In this document: positions 1 through 9,249 of the stretch, one piece after another
Numbering within the stretch: the first letter of the stretch is position 1
Layout: every line of letters starts with the position of its first letter
Source of the DNA: Cenarchaeum sp.
Lineage (GTDB): Archaea > Thermoproteota > Nitrososphaeria > Nitrososphaerales > Nitrosopumilaceae
Direction of reading: 5' to 3'
Length of the DNA: 64,000 bases
NCBI GenBank assembly: GCA_963692915.1
Contig: OY843584.1
Span: 32,001-96,000, forward strand
The notes under the pieces: generated by a model
What the model saw: the letters and a program-made list of their open reading frames with translations, nothing else
Told to the model about the DNA's origin: nothing
The model's database searches: none
Translations under genes and position numbers: made by a program

Positions 1-613
1 TTATGAGGTCAACGACCCACTCCTTCTCGACCTTTCTGTAATTGTGCCCGCTCTCGCCGCCAATTATCGCCCAGTCTATGCCCTCCAGGTTCACCCCGTC
101 TATTGGGCCGAGGAGAGGCTCAAAGCTGACAAACCTCATCTCACACCTTACCTCCCTGAGCCTGTCTATGCGGTTCGTCGTCAAGTTGTTCTCCACGCTG
201 GTTCCCATCCAGATGTGCTGCGGTATGTCGTGCCCGTAGCGTCTTGCAAACTCGTTAGAGAACACCCTCATTCTCTTTGGGCGCTTTGTGAGCACCTGGT
301 AGATGTGCCAGTCGGCACTTACCATCACATCAAAGCACCTCTTGACAAACTCCCGTGTAGAGTCCTCGTGGAACAGGTCTGACATTGAATTGACAAAGAT
401 CTTTTTGGGCTTTTTCCATGACAGCGGCAGGTCGACCTCGCCAGCATGTTCGGTGAACTCAAAGCCGTTCTGGTATTTTGCGACTCCCATGGCCTTTAGG
501 CGTGCTGAGAGTTTTTCGGCATAGCAGTTCTTGCATCCGGAGGAGACCTTGCTGCACCCCGTAGACGGGTTCCACGTCGCCTCGGTCCACTCTATGGCAG
601 AGTTTGTAGCCAT
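1..613 (-). CDS. DUF5131 / phage Gp37-Gp68 family three-Cys-motif protein (3' end runs off the window)
   Basis: Not in the ORF track. Manual translation from ATG at 613: MATNSAIEWTEATWNPSTGCSKVSSGCKNCYAEKLSARLKAMG...WKKPKKIFVNSMSDLFHE. The IEWT-TWNP-GC-x6-C-x2-CYA and FVNSMSDLFH motifs are typical of DUF5131. Confidence 0.92.
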   Translation of the reverse strand, partial: MATNSAIEWTEATWNPSTGCSKVSSGCKNCYAEKLSARLKAMGVAKYQNGFEFTEHAGEVDLPLSWKKPKKIFVNSMSDLFHEDSTREFVKRCFDVMVSADWHIYQVLTKRPKRMRVFSNEFARRYGHDIPQHIWMGTSVENNLTTNRIDRLREVRCEMRFVSFEPLLGPIDGVNLEGIDWAIIGGESGHNYRKVEKEWVVDLI

Positions 614-825
614 GTAATGGCGTTATTGTGGACGAATGTATAAAACATTATCGTGACGTGACCACGCCACATAACCTGATTCTAGGCGCACCGTCTTCAA
701 GTACCCCATCTGGGATCGTCACACGTCCGGACATAGCTATGAAACAAGATCTATAACACACTGGCAATAACGGGAATACTCGTAAATCAATAAATAAGGT
801 GTACTAAATTGGTTGATTTATCAAT

Positions 826-1935
826 TTGACTGGGCACTTTGATATCAAACCTCATGTTGCGGCAAAGCATGCCATACTCGAACAATACCTAAAACGTTGG
901 TTCCCAATTTTGCGTAGGGGAAAAACTCTTGCTTATATTGACGGCTTTGCAGGACCGGGTATCTATTCTAAGAACGAACGTGGATCTCCTATAATAGCTT
1001 TAGAAACAGCTAATCGATACACAAATCCACAATCGCTAAACGCTCACTTTTGGTTTATCGAAGAAAATAAAAAACATGTTGCTAAACTAGAACACCAAAT
1101 CAAAAAACTTAATTTAAACAAAGGCATCCACATAAATGACATCAAAAATTCAATTTTTGAAAAAGAGTTCCCCACAATCGTTGATTCTCTCAAAACCACA
1201 TATGGTATGCCTCCAACTTTTGTTTTTGCTGATCCGTGGGGATATTCCTATGTCAAAATGTGTGATATAGTTAATTTTTTACAAAATCCCAAATGTGAGG
1301 TCCTACTCACTTTTATGTCTGGTCCGCTTACACGGTTTAGTGGCCTTCCAGGAGAAGTTCGGCAACAAAAACTAAATGCTCTGTTTGGAACATCAAATTG
1401 GAAACAATCTGACAAGCTCAAAGGTGATGAGAAAACAAAATTCTTTTTAAACCTTTACATCTCCCAACTCCGTCATAACAATATTAAATTTGTTCATACA
1501 TTTGAATTGTGCGATGAACGTAATTGCACAATTTATCATCTTATTTTTGCCACAAATCATGAAACGGGACTTGAAACTATGAAAAAAGCTATGGTTTGTG
1601 TTGACCCTAAATTCACATTTCGGGTTTCTGATGCGATTGATCCGTCTCAAACCTTTATGTTCAAATATTCGAATAAACATGAATGGTATAAGTACGCCGC
1701 TGTGCTTATTTTCCAACATTTTCATGATCAGACTGTGCCAATGTATCAAATTAAACGATATGTTTTAACAGAAACACCTTATATCTATCATCGAGGAATA
1801 CTCAGCCTAATGAAAAAATCTGGTCAAATTATTAGTATAGATCCATTGCAAACAGACAAGCACGTGCATAATAATTTGAAATATAATGTGCGATTTTCCT
1901 CCAAAAAAATTCCCCTTCAAACCCGTTTGTTTTAG
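826..1935 (+). CDS. tcmP: Three-Cys-motif partner protein (TcmP family, SAM-methyltransferase-like fold)
   Basis: Motifs H-x2-K-x2-IL-x2-YL-x2-W, YIDGFAGPG, FVFADPWG and YHLIFATNH-TG-x3-MK-AM. Adjacent to DUF5131. AT-rich, TTG start. Confidence 0.85.
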   Translation: MTGHFDIKPHVAAKHAILEQYLKRWFPILRRGKTLAYIDGFAGPGIYSKNERGSPIIALETANRYTNPQSLNAHFWFIEENKKHVAKLEHQIKKLNLNKGIHINDIKNSIFEKEFPTIVDSLKTTYGMPPTFVFADPWGYSYVKMCDIVNFLQNPKCEVLLTFMSGPLTRFSGLPGEVRQQKLNALFGTSNWKQSDKLKGDEKTKFFLNLYISQLRHNNIKFVHTFELCDERNCTIYHLIFATNHETGLETMKKAMVCVDPKFTFRVSDAIDPSQTFMFKYSNKHEWYKYAAVLIFQHFHDQTVPMYQIKRYVLTETPYIYHRGILSLMKKSGQIISIDPLQTDKHVHNNLKYNVRFSSKKIPLQTRLF

Positions 1936-2282
1936 AAGCGGTGATGCCGTGATTATTTTTCACGTTGTCCTCTGCAACTTTTGGCTTTTAATTCGTGTGA
2001 GGCTGAACTCTGGACTTGTGCATTATCTCACTAGACACATATGGGGGTTGGTATCAGAGTCGTATGCGTGCCTCCCACGTTCCTACGCGTGGTTCCCCAC
2101 GTCGGGAAGTGTTCGTGTACTAGATTGCCTTCGCGTTCACGTCAGCGCAATCGGTTCTATGTCTAACAAGCATCCTGCCAGGTCTATTGTTCGTACACGC
2201 CATTGTCTTCTAAAAACCCTTTCATGAATAGTCCTACGGCGCACAACTTAAAGCGCACCGTCTCGCGCGCGAGGCTAGCGCA

Positions 2283-2753
2283 TTGGCAGCCCCAGAGCAC
2301 TCTAGAAACATCGTGGTCGCACTCGCGACGCTCCCGGAGTTTTTGCGCCGGTCCATGCTCACGCGCCGCCTCGCCGAGTTTTACTCTATGCCGCCTGATG
2401 ACCAGCGCGAGATAATCGAAGGCGCACTCGCCGCGGCCCCGACTATTCCATTTGATGACCTGGCTCGACTGTTGCGAACATGGCTCATCGCCGTCTGCGC
2501 GCTGCCCGAGGATAGGCGACACCACATGCTCACCACATATGCGGCGGCCATCTGCGCCAGGCCCGAGCGCCTCGCAGCACTGCACCTGGACGGCATGCTC
2601 GAGGTGCTCCTCTCACTAGATGATGCCCAGCGCGAGATCATTGCACACTCGGCCGGCCAGGCACTGGCGTCCAGCGGCGAGTCCTGCCGCGCAGTCCTGG
2701 CATTGCTAATACCGCACAATGCGCGCCCCCACGTCGGGATGCGCAGCAACTAG
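2283..2753 (+). CDS. Conserved thaumarchaeal hypothetical protein
   Basis: 156-aa ORF with host-like codon use. LATLPEFLR...AAPTIPF...TWL resembles a Nitrosopumilaceae conserved hypothetical. TTTAAAG-like box upstream. Confidence 0.65.
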   Translation: MAAPEHSRNIVVALATLPEFLRRSMLTRRLAEFYSMPPDDQREIIEGALAAAPTIPFDDLARLLRTWLIAVCALPEDRRHHMLTTYAAAICARPERLAALHLDGMLEVLLSLDDAQREIIAHSAGQALASSGESCRAVLALLIPHNARPHVGMRSN

Positions 2754-2771
2754 TGTAACCCGTGTGCCAAT

Positions 2772-3041
2772 CTAGGCGTCCGGATTGCGGTTCTTTTCGT
2801 CGGTCAGGTTGACCATGCCGCCCTCGGGCGCCAGGACACCGAGGAAGACCTTTTCGTTCTTGCGCACGAGTTTGCGGTGGTCAGGCATCGACATGTCAAG
2901 CCTCATCTCGTTCATCAGCATGACCCTGTACTCCTTCCACTCTGCCCAGCATTTGGCGCAGCACGGGTATTTCGCGGCGCCCTCCTCGAGGGCTGCCACG
3001 TCGGCTATCTCGGCCTTGCACTTTGTGCATATTGTGCCCAT
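2772..3041 (-). CDS. Fe(II)-trafficking / oxidative damage protection protein (YggX-like)
   Basis: CWAEWKEYRVMLMNEMRLDMSMPDHRK...FL matches the YggX signature W-x2-W...NE-x-RL. Start may be 3041 or 3050. Confidence 0.7.
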   Translation of the reverse strand: MGTICTKCKAEIADVAALEEGAAKYPCCAKCWAEWKEYRVMLMNEMRLDMSMPDHRKLVRKNEKVFLGVLAPEGGMVNLTDEKNRNPDA

Positions 3042-3166
3042 GTGTGTCATGCGCGCCCCTGTGTGGCACATTTATCTCTTGGCGGCAGGGGGCAGGATCG
3101 TGCCCGCCTGCGACTAGTCTGTGGCAGCCCTAGTCGACTAGACGGCCGACTTGGGGCACTCTGAGA

Positions 3167-3251
3167 TGTCCTGGGGGGTCGACCTCGCCGGGCGTGTCCT
3201 GGGGGGTCGATCCCGCCGAGCGTGCCCTCGGGGGACCGGGACCGGCCGAGC
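3167..3251. repeat. 28-bp GC-rich tandem repeat (two close copies plus a degenerate third)
   Basis: TGTCCTGGGGGGTCGACCTCGCCGGGCG (3167-3194), TGTCCTGGGGGGTCGATCCCGCCGAGCG (3195-3222), then TGCCCTCGGGGGACCGGGACCGGCCGAGC. Confidence 0.8.
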
Positions 3252-3258
3252 CGGCGCC

Positions 3259-4131
3259 CTAGCGCACAAACCTGACTGTGTTTCTGAGCGTGCCAAGACC
3301 GGATATGGCCGACTCTACAATATCGCCGTCAACGAGGTACTCGACATCCTTGATGTCAAGTGCCGTGCCGCCCGGCGTGCCGGTGGACAGGATGTCGCCA
3401 CGCTCTAGTGTCATCGAGCGACTGAGCTCCGATATGAGGCGTTCCGGCCCAAGTGTCATCTCGCCGGCCAGGGCGTCCTGGCGCGCCTCGCCGTTGATGC
3501 GCGTCGTTATGCGCAGGTCGCGCGAGTCGGCAATCTCGTCGCGCGTGGTTATCCAGGGCCCGCACGGCGCAAACGTGTCAAACCCCTTTGCCCTCGTGAA
3601 CTGCCCGTCGCCAAACTGGATATCCCGCGCCGAGACGTCATTTAGGACCATATAGCCAAATATCGACCCTGCGGCCTCCTCGAGGCTCGCGCACTTTGTG
3701 CGCCGCCCGACAATTACTGCAAGCTCGGTCTCATAGTCTAGCTCGCGCACGAACGACGGGCACACAATGTCCGAGTTCGCGCCGCCCAGCGCAGTTGCGG
3801 GCTTTATGACGACGACGGGTCGCGCACGAGAGGCTCCCGTGTCATGGCCTGAGGCGTGGTTCCCATAGTTGAACGCCGAGCAGAGTATCTTTGGCGGCGC
3901 CGGTATCGGCGCGAGGAGCTCACAGTCAGACACTGCATGCGTATACTCGAGTGAGCCGACTGTGCCCTTGAGCTCATCGACCCATCCCCCAAAGAGAAAC
4001 TCTGTCACGCTAGCCGGCACGGGAATGCCAGTCTGCGTCCTGATATCCTCCATCGTCGCAACTGCGTCACCTGAGACGATCGCATACGTCTCGGCCCCGC
4101 CAACCACTAGCCTTGCAACCCTCACTCCCAT
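3259..4131 (-). CDS. Fumarylacetoacetate hydrolase family protein
   Basis: LDYETELAVIVG, GYMVLNDVSARD, AKGFDTFAPCGPW and GDILSTGTP motifs. Confidence 0.92.
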   Translation of the reverse strand: MGVRVARLVVGGAETYAIVSGDAVATMEDIRTQTGIPVPASVTEFLFGGWVDELKGTVGSLEYTHAVSDCELLAPIPAPPKILCSAFNYGNHASGHDTGASRARPVVVIKPATALGGANSDIVCPSFVRELDYETELAVIVGRRTKCASLEEAAGSIFGYMVLNDVSARDIQFGDGQFTRAKGFDTFAPCGPWITTRDEIADSRDLRITTRINGEARQDALAGEMTLGPERLISELSRSMTLERGDILSTGTPGGTALDIKDVEYLVDGDIVESAISGLGTLRNTVRFVR

Positions 4132-5838
4132 TCACCTGTGCGCAAATATCGCCTGCGACCTCGCGTCCTTTCTGCAATAGCCATACCTGACAAACTGGAC
4201 AGTCTCGCCCTCATCAAGGCTTGCCCAGCGGGCCTCGACTGCGCCGGACTCCTCGGTGAGGCTCTCGGCATTGTATGCGCCGTCCTTGAAGAGCGGGCCG
4301 GGAACTGCTATCGATATGCCAATCGCGCCGGCCTTTGGAACCCACTGGATCTTGGGATTGCCGGCCCCAATGTCATCATCGACATATGTGCCGCGCAGGG
4401 CGCCGCCCTCGCGCCTCACGCCAATGTTGCCCAGGCCGATCAGCCAGAGCGGGCCGGCACCCTCGCCGAGGTCATCGCCGCCCAGCAGGAGCGTCCCGTC
4501 CCCGAGGCTGACGGTTCGCTCGCCGAGCTCGGCAGTCGGATGGTTGCGCAGGGTCACCTTGTCAGACGGCAGGCCGTCCACGCGGACCTCTTGCGCATTG
4601 CGGACCATGTGGAGCCGTGGGCACGAGGGGTCGATCTCTGTCCTGTTTATGGCCTCAAGTGAGCCAAAGGGCGCCATCGTGTCGGCCTTTGTGAATCCCA
4701 GGGAGAGGACAAACCCCCTGATGGCTGATGGCACTATGCCGCGCCGGCGCATGGCCTCAAGCGTGGGCAGGCGCGGGTCATCATACCACGAGACGGCCCC
4801 TCCCTCGATGAGCGGCTTGATGGCCCTCTTGGAGACTGGCATGCCGTCGAACTCTAGGCGGGAGAACACGGCCATCTCGGGCCGGCGCATGCCAAGCGCG
4901 CCGAGGAGCGACGCATAGAGCTCGCCGCGCAGCTCGTACTCTTTTGAGCGAAACGCGTGCGTCACGCCATCAAGGCTGTCCTCGACGGCGACGGCAAAGT
5001 CATAGCTGGGCCACACCCTGTGTGCGGCGCCAAGTATGGGATGGCGCGCGTCAATTATGCGAAAGAGCGCCGGATCGCGCATCGTCGTGTTTGCCGATGC
5101 CATGTCGCCGCGAAACCTCACTATTGCCTCGCCCGCATGGTATGACGAGAACATCTTTTCCCAGCGCTCAGCGTGGTCGGCCGCATCGCGGCTGCTGCAC
5201 GCGCACGCCCTCATCTCGCGCCGGCCCTTTGAGATGTCGTCCTTTTTGCACGTGCACACGTACGCCCCTCTTGACTCTATGAGCGCACGACCCTTCGAGT
5301 GGAGCTCGTCAATGTCATCTGACGTGTTCTTTTTGCGCGCAAACTCTATGCCGAGCCACTCGAGGCCGACGTTTATGGCCGCATAGTACTCGAGGCGCTC
5401 GGACTCGGGGTTTGTGTCATCCATGCGCAGTATGCACGACCCGCCGTACATCTTTGCATACTCGTCGTTTATTATCGCCGCCTTTGCGTGGCCGATGTGC
5501 GGATATCCGTTTGGCTCGGGCGGAAATCGCGTGATGACCCCACCCTGCACGGCGTCGACGAGCGGCGGGAGCGCGCCCCTCTCGGGCTTGCTCTGTTCGG
5601 GCTCCTCGAGGCGCTCGGCGTGCGAGGACTCTAGCTCTGCCCGCCGCGCTGACTCGGGCATCGCGTTGACCTCGTCGACTATGGCCTTTAGGGAGACGGA
5701 GACCTCGCCGGCCCGCGCGCGCAGCTCGGGCACCTCGCCGAGGAGCTTTGACATGACTATGCCGACCTTGGTCTCGCCGTGCTCTAGGGCGTTCTGCAGC
5801 GCAATCCCGCGCGCACGCCGCTCGGCCTCGCCGTCCAT
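4132..5838 (-). CDS. gltX: Glutamate--tRNA ligase (archaeal)
   Basis: TRFPPEPNGYPHIGHAKAA (HIGH), RMDDTNP, VSKR and DDPRLPTL. Start set at MDGEAERR, which overlaps the upstream stop. Confidence 0.95.
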   Translation of the reverse strand: MDGEAERRARGIALQNALEHGETKVGIVMSKLLGEVPELRARAGEVSVSLKAIVDEVNAMPESARRAELESSHAERLEEPEQSKPERGALPPLVDAVQGGVITRFPPEPNGYPHIGHAKAAIINDEYAKMYGGSCILRMDDTNPESERLEYYAAINVGLEWLGIEFARKKNTSDDIDELHSKGRALIESRGAYVCTCKKDDISKGRREMRACACSSRDAADHAERWEKMFSSYHAGEAIVRFRGDMASANTTMRDPALFRIIDARHPILGAAHRVWPSYDFAVAVEDSLDGVTHAFRSKEYELRGELYASLLGALGMRRPEMAVFSRLEFDGMPVSKRAIKPLIEGGAVSWYDDPRLPTLEAMRRRGIVPSAIRGFVLSLGFTKADTMAPFGSLEAINRTEIDPSCPRLHMVRNAQEVRVDGLPSDKVTLRNHPTAELGERTVSLGDGTLLLGGDDLGEGAGPLWLIGLGNIGVRREGGALRGTYVDDDIGAGNPKIQWVPKAGAIGISIAVPGPLFKDGAYNAESLTEESGAVEARWASLDEGETVQFVRYGYCRKDARSQAIFAHR

Positions 5839-6821
5839 CACGAGCTCCTCTCTACGATGCGCTCGATTAGGGTCACCATGCCCCTGGCAGCCGGCGTGTC
5901 CGCATATGGGCGCAGCGCGGCCCTGGCAGCCGCGGCGTGCCTGGAGGCGACCCTGCGCGCTGCTGACTCTGCGCCAGAATCCCTCATTGCCTCTACGGCG
6001 CGCGCAAGGGAGGCGCGGCTCGCGCGCGCATTGCCAAAGCACGCGCGTATTGCGCGCGCGTCTGACCCGCTCGCGGCCCGCAGGGCAAGGAGTATGGGGA
6101 GTGACTTTTTGCCCTCGCGCAAGTCGTTTCCGACCGGCTTTTTGGAGACGCCGGGATCGCCCATCGCGCCAATAATGTCATCTGTTATCTGGAACGCGAC
6201 TCCGAGGCTGCGCCCAAACTTTGAGACGTTCCTCTCATCGCGCGCACTCGCGCGCGCCGATATCGCGCCCATCGCGCATGCGGCCTCAAAGAGGGCCGAT
6301 GTCTTTTTCTCCACCATCGTGATGTACTCTGCCCTAGTCGGAATTCCCCTGCGCGCTGCCATCTCAATGTCCATCATCTGCCCCTCGCATACCCTGACGC
6401 ACGCCGGCGCGAGCGCACCGAGCAGGCGCGACTTTGTCTGCGCATCGCGCACCGAGGACGCAATGTGCGCAAACGCGCCGGAAAAGAGCACGTCACCGGC
6501 AAGTATGGCAACTGGCATGCCAAACTTTTTGTGGACGGTTTTCACGCCGTGCCGCATCGCGTCATTGTCCATAATGTCATCGTGGAGGAGCGTAAAGTTG
6601 TGAACCATCTCTATTGCGGCAGCCGCTGCCATCGCGCCGGCTCGAGTTCCACCGAGCATCTCGCAGCACTGGATCGTGAGGTGTGCCCTGAGCCTCTTGC
6701 CGCCGCTGGCGATTAGGTGGTGCGCAGCCTCGTAGAGGACGGGCGGTCGCCCGCGTGACTGCGCGCCCAGGCGCGCGTTGACCAGTGAGGCATCGCGCGC
6801 CAGTGCGCCAGGCCGGCTCAT
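5838..6821 (-). CDS. Polyprenyl (geranylgeranyl) diphosphate synthase
   Basis: GGKRLR, HNFTLLHDDIMD (FARM), FQITDD and GNDLREGK. Start set at ATG 6821, which overlaps the idi stop. Confidence 0.93.
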   Translation of the reverse strand: MSRPGALARDASLVNARLGAQSRGRPPVLYEAAHHLIASGGKRLRAHLTIQCCEMLGGTRAGAMAAAAAIEMVHNFTLLHDDIMDNDAMRHGVKTVHKKFGMPVAILAGDVLFSGAFAHIASSVRDAQTKSRLLGALAPACVRVCEGQMMDIEMAARRGIPTRAEYITMVEKKTSALFEAACAMGAISARASARDERNVSKFGRSLGVAFQITDDIIGAMGDPGVSKKPVGNDLREGKKSLPILLALRAASGSDARAIRACFGNARASRASLARAVEAMRDSGAESAARRVASRHAAAARAALRPYADTPAARGMVTLIERIVERSS

Positions 6822-7465
6822 TCGGGAACCATCCTCCACGTGCCGTCTGCCATGTGCGCGCGAACCGCCTTGCGCATCGCGTCTCTGACCCCGCTCGCGG
6901 TCCACGGTGCGATCTGCGCGGCGCGGCGCACAAGGGCATCTGAGCGTGGCGCCTCGCCGAGGAGCCAGAGTGCGGCGAGCATCCATGGGCAGTACGACTG
7001 CGCGTCATCGCCTACTGCGCGCGCAAGACTCCCGGCATCCTCCCAGGCGAGCTCGGATATCTCAGACGGAGCCGGCTCTAGGGGCGCATCGGCGCCAAGC
7101 GTGCCAATCAGCGTACCGCAGACCTCGTTCTCCGTGCCAACGTCGAGGTACTCGGCCCTATAGACGAACTTGAAGAGATAGTCCATCGGGCATGATGCGC
7201 CGGCCTCCTCGGGCATGCGCCGCGTGCCGGCATCCGCATAGCCCTCGCCGACTCGCGGGTGGCTCGCAAACGTCGCGTCCCAGTATGCGGGCCAGAGCAT
7301 CTTGGAGTCGCTCCGGCGCGTCAGGAGAAGCCTGCCGGTGTCATCCATGACGAGGGCCGTGAACGCCCTGTGGAGCCGACCGGCCCCGACGTGGCACTCT
7401 AGCTTGCCCGCAGTGCCGACCTCGCGGTCGCACTCGTCAACTAGAACCAGCTGCTCCTCGGCCAT
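6818..7465 (-). CDS. idi: Isopentenyl-diphosphate delta-isomerase, type 1 (Nudix fold)
   Basis: LHRAFT, LLTRRS-x2-K, SHP, ENEVC and YCPW motifs, in an isoprenoid operon. Confidence 0.88.
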   Translation of the reverse strand: MAEEQLVLVDECDREVGTAGKLECHVGAGRLHRAFTALVMDDTGRLLLTRRSDSKMLWPAYWDATFASHPRVGEGYADAGTRRMPEEAGASCPMDYLFKFVYRAEYLDVGTENEVCGTLIGTLGADAPLEPAPSEISELAWEDAGSLARAVGDDAQSYCPWMLAALWLLGEAPRSDALVRRAAQIAPWTASGVRDAMRKAVRAHMADGTWRMVPE

Positions 7466-8228
7466 TCCTGCGTCCCCTGATCAGCGTTCCGCGATAGCGC
7501 CTTCTTTTAACCGCATCGACGATCCGCTCGGGCCGGTTGCCGTTGACGACAAAGACGTCAGTCCCGCCGCGCGCGATCCGGCCAGACTCGACGAGCTTGC
7601 GGGCCATGCCGCCAGTGACGTCCATGCCGACGCGCCCGACCCTGGCCCTGGCCCCGGCGCGCATCTCGGCGATGACCTCGCGCGTTGCGGGATCAGCATA
7701 CACGCCATCGGCGTTTAGCGCAAAGACGCACAGGCGCGGCCTGAGGACGGCGGCCATCATTGACATTATGCGGTCACCCGATAGTATGAACGTCTTGCGC
7801 GAGCCGGCCCACAGCGCGTCACCAAACGTGACGGGCACCATTCCGGCCTCGGCGACTCGCGCAGCGTCGCGAATCGCGCCCTCGTCTGCCCTCCTCCGGC
7901 GCACTATGGCCGCCGGAGGGAGCGGGTACGGGCTCAGGCCGCGCCTGAGGAGCTCGCGCAGGACGATGGAGTTGAGCGTGACCATCGAGTCCTTTACGGC
8001 TGCGACTCCGCGCACGCCGTACTCGGCCGGACGCGTGTGCATGCGGTGCTTTACTGACCAATAGTGGCCAAATGACCCGCCGCCGTGGATAGCGATGACT
8101 GGCTCGCCTAGCCTGCCCAGCGCGCCTGCGAGCCTGCCGATCGCCGCCCTTCTTGGTGAGAGGGGCCGCTCCTTGTTGGTTATGACCGACCCACCAAGCT
8201 TTACGAGTATCACGGTGCGCTGCGGCAC
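7437..8228 (-). CDS. ipk: Isopentenyl phosphate kinase
   Basis: KLGGSVITNK, HGGGSFGH, LSGD and DVTGGM-x2-K. Lies beside mvk and idi. Confidence 0.88.
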   Translation of the reverse strand: MPQRTVILVKLGGSVITNKERPLSPRRAAIGRLAGALGRLGEPVIAIHGGGSFGHYWSVKHRMHTRPAEYGVRGVAAVKDSMVTLNSIVLRELLRRGLSPYPLPPAAIVRRRRADEGAIRDAARVAEAGMVPVTFGDALWAGSRKTFILSGDRIMSMMAAVLRPRLCVFALNADGVYADPATREVIAEMRAGARARVGRVGMDVTGGMARKLVESGRIARGGTDVFVVNGNRPERIVDAVKRRRYRGTLIRGRRNGRGAAGSS

Positions 8229-8331
8229 GCGCGTCAGTTAATAAAGTTGGCAGCCTGTGCCATGCGGCGATGCGCCTAGGCGTGGCCCACGGGGGCACAG
8301 GGCGCGCGCACCACTCTTGGGATCGCCACAC

Positions 8332-9249
8332 TCATGCGCCAAGACCGTGCGCGCCGATTGCAGACCTGAATGTCATCGTGGCTCCCGCGTTGCGCATGGC
8401 CTCCACAGTTCGCGCCGCGTTTGACTCGTCGACGAGCGCTATTGCGCACCCACCGAGGCCGGCGCCTGTAAGCTTTGCGCCATAGCTTGTCGCCGACGCG
8501 GCAGCAACGATGCGGTCAAGTGACGCGTCTGACACGCCAATGTCGACGAGGCACCTGTGGTTCTCGCCCATGTGGCTTCCGAGCGCGACGAGGTCACCAG
8601 ACCGCAGGGCCGCGATCGAGTCGGCAACCATTCCGTTGATGTCCTCGCACAGCGAGCCAAACCCACTCTCGTCGGCCTCCTTTCTCTGACGGACTGCAGC
8701 TACAATCTCGGCAGTCGAGTGTGTGCGCCCCGTGCTCGCAATCACCAGTGATGGCGAGCCGCGCACCTCGCACGCCTCGTGCATTTTGCGCGAGAACGAG
8801 ATGACGCCGCCCACGGCGCACGCGATCGTGTCGGCCCCTGACGCGTTGGCAAAGACTGTCCTCTCTGCACGGAGTGCCTCCTCCACGGCAACGTCGATAT
8901 CGTCTAGTGCGCCCTTTACGATCGCGCCGGCGGCGGCTACACAGCACGCCGACGAGGACCCGAGGCCAACGCCGGCCGGAACGTCAGACTCTACGGTCAC
9001 GTCAATATGGCCGCCTGCCCTGCGAGCCATGTGGAGTATGGGCCGATAGTGCTCGCCGACATCCTCGATGCTGCCTGCGTCATCAAATGCCTCCTCGCCG
9101 TACATTGAGCGTATGCGCACGCCACTGCTGCGCGGCCTGCACGTCACGCGCGTGCGCCTCTCTATTGCGCACACGAGGGCTCCGGCCCCATGGACGGCAA
9201 AGTGCTCTCCGAGGAGTATGGCCTTTCCGGGCGCAGAGGCAGACCTCAC
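8332..9249 (-). CDS. mvk: Mevalonate kinase
   Basis: APGKAILLGEH-AVHG, PAGVGLGSSSA (GHMP), SGAD and GAKLTGAGLGG. Confidence 0.92.
   Translation of the reverse strand: MRSASAPGKAILLGEHFAVHGAGALVCAIERRTRVTCRPRSSGVRIRSMYGEEAFDDAGSIEDVGEHYRPILHMARRAGGHIDVTVESDVPAGVGLGSSSACCVAAAGAIVKGALDDIDVAVEEALRAERTVFANASGADTIACAVGGVISFSRKMHEACEVRGSPSLVIASTGRTHSTAEIVAAVRQRKEADESGFGSLCEDINGMVADSIAALRSGDLVALGSHMGENHRCLVDIGVSDASLDRIVAAASATSYGAKLTGAGLGGCAIALVDESNAARTVEAMRNAGATMTFRSAIGAHGLGA

Noticed and set aside
42-524. Plus-strand ORFs 42-239, 44-382 and 303-524
   Set aside because: They are shadows of the minus-strand DUF5131 gene, which has clear family motifs.
3167-3251. G-string repeats as origin recognition boxes (oriC)
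   Set aside because: There is no TCCA-x-TGGA/GAAAC ORB core, no AT-rich unwinding element and no adjacent cdc6/orc1.
6818-7465. Type-1 Idi as an unusual acquisition in an archaeon
   Set aside because: Type-1 Idi is known in Thaumarchaeota, and here it sits in the native isoprenoid operon with host-like composition.
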